From: Octopus sinensis
Lineage: Eukaryota
Length of the DNA: 64,000 nucleotides
Assembly: GCF_006345805.1 (NCBI RefSeq)
Contig: NC_043013.1
Location: 36,270,001-36,334,000, forward strand
Direction: 5' to 3'
Notes under the pieces: model-generated
What the model saw: only the letters and a program-made list of their open reading frames with translations
Told to the model about the DNA's origin: nothing
The model's database searches: none
Shown here: in pieces, positions 54,620 through 64,000 of the stretch
Layout: each line of letters begins with the position of its first letter
How positions within the stretch are numbered: position 1 is the first letter of the stretch
Program-made: the position numbers and the translations under genes

Positions 54620-54980
54620 ATTGCTAGATCATCATCATCACCATCATCGTTTAACGTCCACTTTCCATGCTAGCATGGGTTGGACGATTCAACTGGGGTC
54701 TGGGAAGCCCGAAGGCTGCACCAGGCCAGTCAGATCGGGCGGTGTTTCTACAGCTGGATGCCCTTCCTAACGCCAACCACTCCATGAGTGTAGTGGGTGC
54801 TTTTTATGTGCCACCGACACAGGTGCCAGACGAGGCTGGCGAACGGCCATGTTCGGATGGTGCTTTTTACGTGCCACCGGCACGGAGGCCAGGCGAGGCT
54901 GGCACGGCCACGATCGGATGGTGTTTGTTACGTGCCACCAGCACGGAGGCCAGTCGATGCGGTGCTGGTAGAAATAATAG
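54620..54980 (-). mobile_element. (ATG)n-tailed SINE/LINE-tail repeat with three internal ~50-bp tandem units
   Basis: catcatcgtttaacgtcc..ttccatgctagcatggg tail; repeated tacgtgccacc.gcacggaggccag units. Family also at 31745-32100, 55710-55920, 56540-56790 and 61435-62000. Confidence 0.8.
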
Positions 54981-55956
54981 CTGAATGTCTTTGAAATCAT
55001 AACTCCCATAAATTTCAAAGAACTGTCGGCTGTATTAGAATAACTGTTTCTTATTTTGAAATTCTGAAGGAAAATGCCATTAGTTGTTAACATCAATCCC
55101 AGTATTAAGGTGGTGGTAACAAAATTGTCAGCATAGGTGTAGGAGTGGCTGTGTGGTAAGTAGCTTGTTTACCAACCACATGGTTCCGGTTCAGTCCCAC
55201 TGCCGACCAAAGCCTTGTGAGTGGATTTGGTAGACGGAAACTGAAAGAAGACCTCGTATATATGTAATATATATATGCGTGTGTTCGTTTGTGTGTCTGT
55301 GTTTGTCCCCCTAGCATTACTTGACACCGATGCTGGTGTGTTTATGTCCCCGTTATTTAGCAGTTTGGCAAAAGAGACTGATAGAATAAGTACTGGGCTT
55401 AAAAAAGAAAAGTCCCGGGGTCGAGTTGCTCGATTAAAGGCGGTGCTCCAGCATGGCCACAGTCAAATGACTGAAACAAGTAAAAGAGTAAAAGAGAGTA
55501 AAGAGTATACAGGCTGAAACTCTTAGCAGCAGGTTTTTCTGGCTCATTATGTTCTAAGTTCAAATTCTGCCAAGGTCAACTTTGCCCTTCATCCTTTCAG
55601 GGTCAATAAAATGAGTACCCATTGAGTACTGGGGTTGATGTCAAGCAATGGTGGGGGATGGACAAACACACACAATGACGCGGACGCATAAATATACATA
55701 CATACATACATATATATATATATCATCATCATCATCATCGTTTAACGTCCGCTTTCCATGCTAGCATGGTTGGACGATTTGACTGAGGACTGGCGAGCCA
55801 GAAGGCTGCACCAAGCTCCAATCTTGATCTGGCAGAGTTTCTGCAGCTGGATGCCCTTCCTAACGCCAACCATTCAGAGAGTTTAGTGAGTGCTTTACAT
55901 GCCGCCAGTACGAGGTCAGAAGTATGTATGTATGTATGTATGGCATGTATGTATGC

Positions 55957-56006
<50 letters not shown>

Positions 56007-57164
56007 AGGGTATAATTATTCATTTTAAAAACCAACAATTATTTACGGGGAGATTTCGGTATGTAATATAACCATTATCGGTAGGAACTTTTTTAAAAAA
56101 GTTAGATATATATATATATAATTAAAAAGGGGCAGGCACAGGTTGCTTAGCTACATACCGACAAATCAGAAATAGCAGTCAAAGACTGTTTATTTCTTTT
56201 CTACAAATATGACTCCACATACAACATATCCATGTAATTCACATATGTAAAACAGAAGGAAAAAATAATGAAAACAAAGTCTAGGGTTAGTTACGGACGT
56301 GTTTCTGGATTAGAATTATAAATCAATTCATTTCCTTCATCAACGCAACAGTTCACTTAAATAGATTTCGCAAATGCTATACATACCCTCAGCTTCCCGA
56401 GCCAGCGTCATCGGAATAGTAGAAGATAGCCAGCATAGGCCAAATCCATATAGATGAATGAATTTGTACTTTTCCACCAAAATTTTACCATGTGTGTCAC
56501 AAGAATAGTTCCTTAGCAATAGAACTATGGATTGTCATAAGGGAGTGACATGTAAATAGCACCATCCAAACATTGCCAACGCCAATACCCACTGACCGGC
56601 TCCCATGCAGTTGGCACATTAAAAAAAACACCATCCAAACATTGCCAACGCCAGTACCCCCTGATTGGCTCCTGTGCCAGATCAGAGTGGAGCTTGGTGC
56701 AGCCACTGGCTGTCCGGGTCTCATTCAAAGCATTCAACCTATGCCAGAAAGGAAAACAGACTTTAAATGATGATGATGTTGATGCTGGTATATATGGATG
56801 TATGCAAATATATATATATATATAATATGTGACAATCATTTGGTAGCCATGATAAAACTCTGAATTTTGGATGTCAGGGCGGAAACCTATGCTGGCATCT
56901 CTTCAGTTATCGGACCATTGAAAAAAAGAAAAAATTTTTTTGCTTTTTGATGGCCCAATAACTAAAGAGATGCCATTGTGGGTTTCTGATCCAACATCCG
57001 AAACTCAGAGTTTTATCATGGCTACCAAATAATTGTCACATTATATTTACAGATAAATTCCTCTATTTACATAATATTGAGGTCTCTTTCATTCCTTTGT
57101 TGTCTTGCCATGTCTATCAATATATATATATGTATGTATGTACATATATGTATATATATATATA

Positions 57165-57385
57165 TATATAAGTATATAAAGTTAATCCAAACATGAAAAC
57201 ACAAAGAGAAAACACAACAACGTGAGGACGTGGAACAAATATAGTATTATTGGACGCTCAGGACGGAAGGGAAGAAGGAGGGTTTAATATTTCGAGCGAA
57301 GCACTTTGTCAGAAACATAGAAAAGAAAGATCCAGAGAAGGGAAGATGGAGGAAAAAAAATCGCCAACGGTACATGTATATGTGT

Positions 57386-57390
<5 letters not shown>
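57165..57390 (-). mobile_element. Short hammerhead-bearing element, copy 4 (motif 57282-57316)
   Basis: Minus strand: tgttt-CTGACAA-a-GTGC/ttc/GCTC-GAAAT-ATT-aaacc; flanked on both sides by (TA)n. Confidence 0.6.
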
Positions 57391-57423
<33 letters not shown>

Positions 57424-57447
57424 GGTATATATATGTGGTGTGTGTGT

Positions 57448-57479
<32 letters not shown>

Positions 57480-57706
57480 ACTATCTATGAATCCATCTAC
57501 CTATTTATTTATCTATCCCACTTTCTACCGACCTATCTATCTATCTATCTATCTATCAGTCTGCCTGTCTATCCGCTTGTCTATGTATGTATGTATGTAT
57601 GTATATATATATGTATGTATCTATATTCTGTCTCATCATTCTCCTTTCCTCTCCCCTTCTTTCTCTAACTCTATCTACATATGAGTGTGAGTGAGAGAAA
57701 GAGAGG

Positions 57707-57757
<51 letters not shown>

Positions 57758-58146
57758 ATAAAAGTGCGTGTGTATTTGCATCTTTGTGTATACTGGTGTG
57801 TGTTAATCTATGAGTTGTATGTAAATATATAACTGTCTATATTTATGAGTGTTTGCTGCCTGCTTGGATTAATCTACATTGATAGCTTTTCATTTACATA
57901 TATTATATAGACACTTCTACATACATACATACATACATACAGACAGACACATATACAAATACCCATGTCTATATGTATATGTATGTGTGTGTGCGTGTAC
58001 ATATATATACATATATATATATGTATATATACATATAGGCATGCATGCATACACATACACATATTTTCGTACATATATTACACATATATACAGATACATA
58101 TACACATATATACATATATATATATATGTATGTATATATATATATC

Positions 58147-58184
<38 letters not shown>

Positions 58185-58265
58185 GTATATTATATATAGA
58201 TATATATATAATATATATATATTATATATATATATTTCATATATATATTTATTTATATCTATATA

Positions 58266-58327
<62 letters not shown>

Positions 58328-58982
58328 AGTATATATATGTATTAGAGTGTATATATATATATATACATCTATATACATATATTCATATACATATACCATA
58401 TATATACATATATACACATATGCATAGATTACATATACATATATGCATATATATTTATATATATATATATATCTATACACACATATATATATATACATAT
58501 ATTTTTCTGTCCTTTTATCCCACAAGTTCCCAAATCAAACTACCCACCATTTCATAACACACCTCACCATTCTCTACCATTCCATGCTGTTGTGCCTTAC
58601 CATATGTGGCAGTGCCAGTGATGGTGGTGGTGGTGGTGGTGGTGGTGGTGGTGCCTGCTATGCTGTAGTTGATGGTAGTGATGATGTTGGTGGTATTGGT
58701 GGTATGGGAAGAGAAAGAGGATTGTATTTGCTTTAGAAGATTAATAATGAAAAACAGAAAAAAATTCATATATATATGGTTTTGTGATTGTGTGTCTATG
58801 TATATATATACATGTGTGTGTGTGTGTGTGTGCTCAAGCTTATTATATATGTATGTGTGTGTATATATATATATATATATACATGCAGACTCACATATAT
58901 ATATACACACACATATATATATATTACACACACATATCATACGTGTATATATATGCATACCTCATATGTATATATATATATA

Positions 58983-59028
<46 letters not shown>

Positions 59029-59197
59029 TTTATTATATATATATATATAATATATATATATACTATGTGCACTCAGAAAAATATATAGATATATGAAGAT
59101 AAAAAAGTAGAAAATAAAGAAGCTATAAAGAAAAGAAAATAGCAAAGCAAAGTAACATATAATAATGATGATGACGATGATGATGATGATAATAATA

Positions 59198-59231
<34 letters not shown>

Positions 59232-59525
59232 TAACAGTAATGATAAGAAATACTACTGATAAGAAATAAATGAATAAATAAGGATGAGGAAGAAAGCATA
59301 AATGCAAAATCAATCAGAGAAAGCTAAGTTATAGCCGATTGATTGATTAAGAGAAAATGCTGTGGTTGGCTGAGAGTTCAATAATTTTTCATTAACCTAC
59401 TTTGTCGAAGATGCCGTCTTTAATGCTTTCCGACAGGGAAGAGAGAAGTGCACCGGTGCGAAAGAAATGCAACGTGCTGCAAAAGTCAGAGAGAGACAAA
59501 CAGACAGAGAGAAAGAGAAAGAGAG

Positions 59526-59562
<37 letters not shown>

Positions 59563-60121
59563 ACCATCATCGGTACCACTACCATCACCACCACCACCAC
59601 CACCACCACCACCAGCACACTTTTGCAAACAGCTTTGCTACTATCATCATCATCATCATCATCATCATCATTGTGCCATGCTGAGCCACATACATCGAGC
59701 CATGCACCCAAAGCCGAGCCAAACCATACTGAAATATGGCAATCAAACCAGATTTAAAGTTAACCAGTATAGACTTGTCTAGACTAGGCTAGACAAGATG
59801 TAAAAAGTAGGCCATTCCAGATTAGAGCAGACCAAGAGGAAACTTTTCGGATCACCGCAAAGAAAAAAACCAAAAAAATAAGCAAAAACAAAAAAGAAAA
59901 AAATGGGAAAAATGTACGAACATTTATTTCTTTTATGCTAGTTATGTTTGTTTGATTTATTGCTTTATTGTTAATTTATTAATTCATTTATTTAGCAATG
60001 TTTTGCTTCTTTTTATTTTCTTTTTTGCATTTCTTTTTAGTATTGGTTAAAACTAAGTTTTTCATTTACGATAAACATTTTTAACAACAAAGAAACTATT
60101 CTATGTTTATATATACATACA

Positions 60122-60157
<36 letters not shown>

Positions 60158-60355
60158 CATATAGAGATATATATATATACATATGTGTATATATATATAT
60201 GTGTATATATATATGCATATAAAGATATATATATATATATACACATATATATTTATATACATATAAATATATATATACACATATATTTACACATATATAT
60301 ACATATATATTCATATACATATATATTTATAAATATATATCTATATCTATCTATC

Positions 60356-60392
<37 letters not shown>

Positions 60393-60540
60393 GCATGACA
60401 TATATAGGTGTGTGTGATGTCTATAATGTATACTACATACATACATACATACTACATACATATATATACTATAAAGATATATATATATATATACATATGT
60501 GTATATATATATATATGTGTATATATATATATACATATAA

Positions 60541-60577
<37 letters not shown>

Positions 60578-63070
60578 CATATATATTTATATACATATAA
60601 ATATATATATACATATATTTACATATATATATACATATATATATATACATGATATATTGGTCTGTGTATGTCTATATGTATACATACATACATACAAACT
60701 ATATATATATATATATATTATATTATATATATGCAGTGTCATGTGAGTGTGCTTGCATGTGAACATATATTCATAAGTATGTGTATGCACACATCGAAAC
60801 ATCACAGTTATAATGAAAAATTTTTTTTTTTTGCGGAACAATTTGCAGAGAGCTCAATAAAAAAAAAAACAACAAAATAATAATAACCATGTTTAGAACA
60901 ATGATATAATGATATATAAGTATAGTTAAGAATGAATAAACATTTGGCAAAAAATGACACTATGTAGTAAAGTATATAGTCTTTATCTTTGCTGGGCACG
61001 ATGGAATCTCTGGCTGTTAGAAGCTCATAAAATTGTGTGAATATGTGATGCTTTCAGCAACAGAGCTGCAAAGAATGGCATGATGGGTGTGTGTGTGTGT
61101 TTGTGTATATACTTATATGTTTGTGTATGTATATATATGTGTGTCTGTATGTGTATTTGTGTGTATTTATATATGTGTGTATATATATGTGTGTGTGTGT
61201 GTGTGTATGCACACACTTACAGATATGCATATGTGGAGGTGTGTGGCTTACTGGTTAGGGTGTCAGCATCGTGATAGTAAGATTGTGGTTTTGATTCCTG
61301 ATTCCTGGACTGAGTAATACATTGTGTTCTTGAGCAAGACACTTCATTTCACATTGCTCCAGTCCACTCAGCTGGCAAAAATGAGTGTTCCTGTGACAGA
61401 CTAGCACCCTTTCCAGGAGGGATTATATATACCACATCATCATCATCATCATTTAACGTCCCTTTTCCATGCTGGCATGGGTTGTATGGTTTGACAGGTA
61501 CTGACCAGCCAAAGCACTGTTTAGGCTCTGAGTCTGTTTTAGCATGGTTTCTACAGCTAGATACCCCTCCTAATGCCAACCACTTTACAGAGTGTACTGG
61601 GTGTTTTCATGCAGCACCAGCATAGGTGCTGTTTATGTGGCACCAGCACCTATGAGCCCACAAAATTAGGGATGCTCAGCTGGAGAGGGTTGCAGGGATC
61701 AACCCTGTATGCACAAGTACCAGTAAGCGATGCACCATTTGAGTGTGTTCATTGCCAGTGCCACCTGACTGGCTTTTGTTCCAGTGGCATCTAAAAAGCA
61801 CCATTTCAGTGTGGTCAATGCATTTTTATGTGCTGGTACCACATAAAAAGCAACCAACCCACTCTGTAAAGTGGTTGGAATTAGCAAGGGCATCCAGCTA
61901 TAAAAACCATTGGCATTTGATGCTTTTTTCTGGCTTACCACAGCCTTGCAAACCATCAAAACCATGCCAGCATGGAGGACAGACTTTAGATGATGTTGTA
62001 TGAATTATGTATGTATGCATGCATCCATGTATGCATGTATGCATGTATGAATGTGTGTATGTATGTATGCATATTTGTATGTATAAACAGTTGAAACATG
62101 CATCAAAAATGATTGCATGTTTAGTTGGCATTGTAAAAGACTTTCTAAAAGTTCTTGAATCTCTAGAATTAATGTTTTAATTGCAATTTGAAATTAACTG
62201 ACAAACTGGAGCTTTTAGAATAATTACAGAAATAAACACATCACAATTGTAATGAAAACAATTCTTTTGTACAAAGTGATTAGCAGATAGTTAATTTTAA
62301 ATTAATTTCTATTGCAGCTCAATCATGTAAGTTTATATTAAATTTATATTTTTAATGTTGATTTTGGTAGTATAAGTGCTGTTGTAAATTCTTTTGAAAT
62401 GTAGATTGAACATACCTGTATTCTTGTAGCTTTGACTAATTCTGTGCATCACCTGTTTCTATGTGAAGGAATATATATAAACAGTAGAATTCTAACACAA
62501 TTATCTTTGCTGTTCTGTTAATGAAGACAACACAAATTCATATTTCTATGACAATCTTATTGCCAAGAACATGATCGTGTTCAGAGAAGATTATATCCTA
62601 CATTTTTATTTCAATATCTCGCTATGTTTGGCTAAACTGTTAGAGTATCAGACAAAATAATTTTTGCACTATTTGTTATACCTCTTTATGTTCTGAGTTC
62701 AAATCATGCCGAGATCAACTTTCCTTTTGTCATTCTGGAGGTTAACAAAATAAAGTATCACTCCAACTGACGAAATTTTTTCAATATTGGAGAAAAATGT
62801 TTCGAGTATAATTTGGCATTCTGAGTTTGACTATAAAGACATTGCTGCCAAATTGTGTCAGCCCTTAATCCTTTTGTTACTGTATTTATGTTGAGATGCT
62901 CAAAATTTCTTTCAATTGTTTTAATATAACAATGAATTTAGTAAAATAACTTAGTTATCATTAAGCTAGTGTTAATACCATAAATTGTGACTAAGGTTTG
63001 GTGGTAAATTTTAATGGTAAACTAATGAAAACAAGACATTATACTACTGAGCCAGAGCCGGTTTTGGCCG

Positions 63071-63170
63071 NNNNNNNNNNNNNNNNNNNNNNNNNNNNNN
63101 NNNNNNNNNNNNNNNNNNNNNNNNNNNNNNNNNNNNNNNNNNNNNNNNNNNNNNNNNNNNNNNNNNNNNN
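63071..63170. other. Assembly gap (100 N)
   Basis: Run of N. Confidence 1.
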
Positions 63171-64000
63171 GTTACGTGCCACCAGCACGGAGGCCAGTCG
63201 ATGCGGTGCTGGTAGAAATAATAGCTGATTGTCTTTGAAATCATAACTCCATAAATTTCAAAGAACTGTCGGCTGTATTAGAATAACTGTTTCTTATTTT
63301 GAAATTCTGAAGGAAAATGCCATTAGTTGTTAACATCAATCCCAGTATTAAGGTGGTGGTAACAAAATTGTCAGCATAGGTGTAGGAGTGGCTGTGTGGT
63401 AAGTAGCTTGTTTACCAACCACATGGTTCCGGTTCAGTCCCACTGCCGACCAAAGCCTTGTGAGTGGATTTGGTAGACGGAAACTGAAAGAAGACCGTCG
63501 TATATATGTATATATATATGCGTGTGTTCGTTTGTGTGTCTGTGTTTGTCCCCCTAGCATTACTTGACAACCGATGCTGGTGTGTTTATGTCCCCGTTAT
63601 TTAGCAGTTTGGCAAAAGAGACTGATAGAATAAGTACTGGGCTTACAAAAAGAATAAGTCCCGGGGTCGAGTTGCTCGATTAAAGGCGGTGCTCCAGCAT
63701 GGCCGCAGTCAAATGACTGAAACAAGTAAAAGAGTAAAAGAGAGTAAAGAGTATACAGGCTGAAACTCTTAGCAGCAGGTTTTTCTGGCTCATTATGTTC
63801 TAAGTTCAAATTCTGCCAAGGTCAACTTTGCCCTTCATCCTTTCAGGGTCAATAAAATGAGTACCCATTGAGTACTGGGGTTGATGTCAAGCAATGGTGG
63901 GGGATGGACAAACACACACAATGACGCGGACGCATAAATATACATACATACATACATATATATATCATCATCATCATCATCGTTTAACGTCCGCTTTCCA
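63171..64000 (+). repeat. Near-identical duplicate of 54927-55758
   Basis: Collinear with only a few substitutions and small indels; both share the same internal SINE deletion. Confidence 0.9.

Noticed and set aside
59411-59484. Plus-strand exon reading DAVFNAFRQGREKCTGAKEMQRAAK
   Set aside because: Weaker donor (GTCAGA) than the overlapping minus-strand candidate; cannot be decided without RNA data.

Overview
AT-rich, microsatellite-saturated eukaryotic DNA, intronic or intergenic. The SINE repertoire resembles octopod cephalopod (Octopus-like) genomes, judged from recall and not from a search. Nearly all listed ORFs are translations of (TA)n, (CA)n, (ACC)n or (AAT)n tracts or of SINEs, and no intact host gene is recognisable. 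Supported content: dozens of tRNA-headed SINE copies in several families, (ATG)n-tailed repeats, decayed mariner, CR1-like and other LINE fragments, several MITEs and fold-backs, a 26-bp VNTR, and a Penelope-like GIY-YIG fragment between inverted repeats. The main signal is about a dozen type I hammerhead-ribozyme-like motifs (CUGANGA, stem II, GAAAC, GUH) in at least five different repeat contexts. These include Penelope pseudo-LTRs, a 327-bp near-perfect palindrome with one hammerhead per strand, a ~200-bp non-coding element seen 4 times in (TA)n tracts, and a tRNA-head/hammerhead-tail chimeric SINE. A 100-N gap at 63071-63170 is followed by a near-identical copy of 54927-55758.
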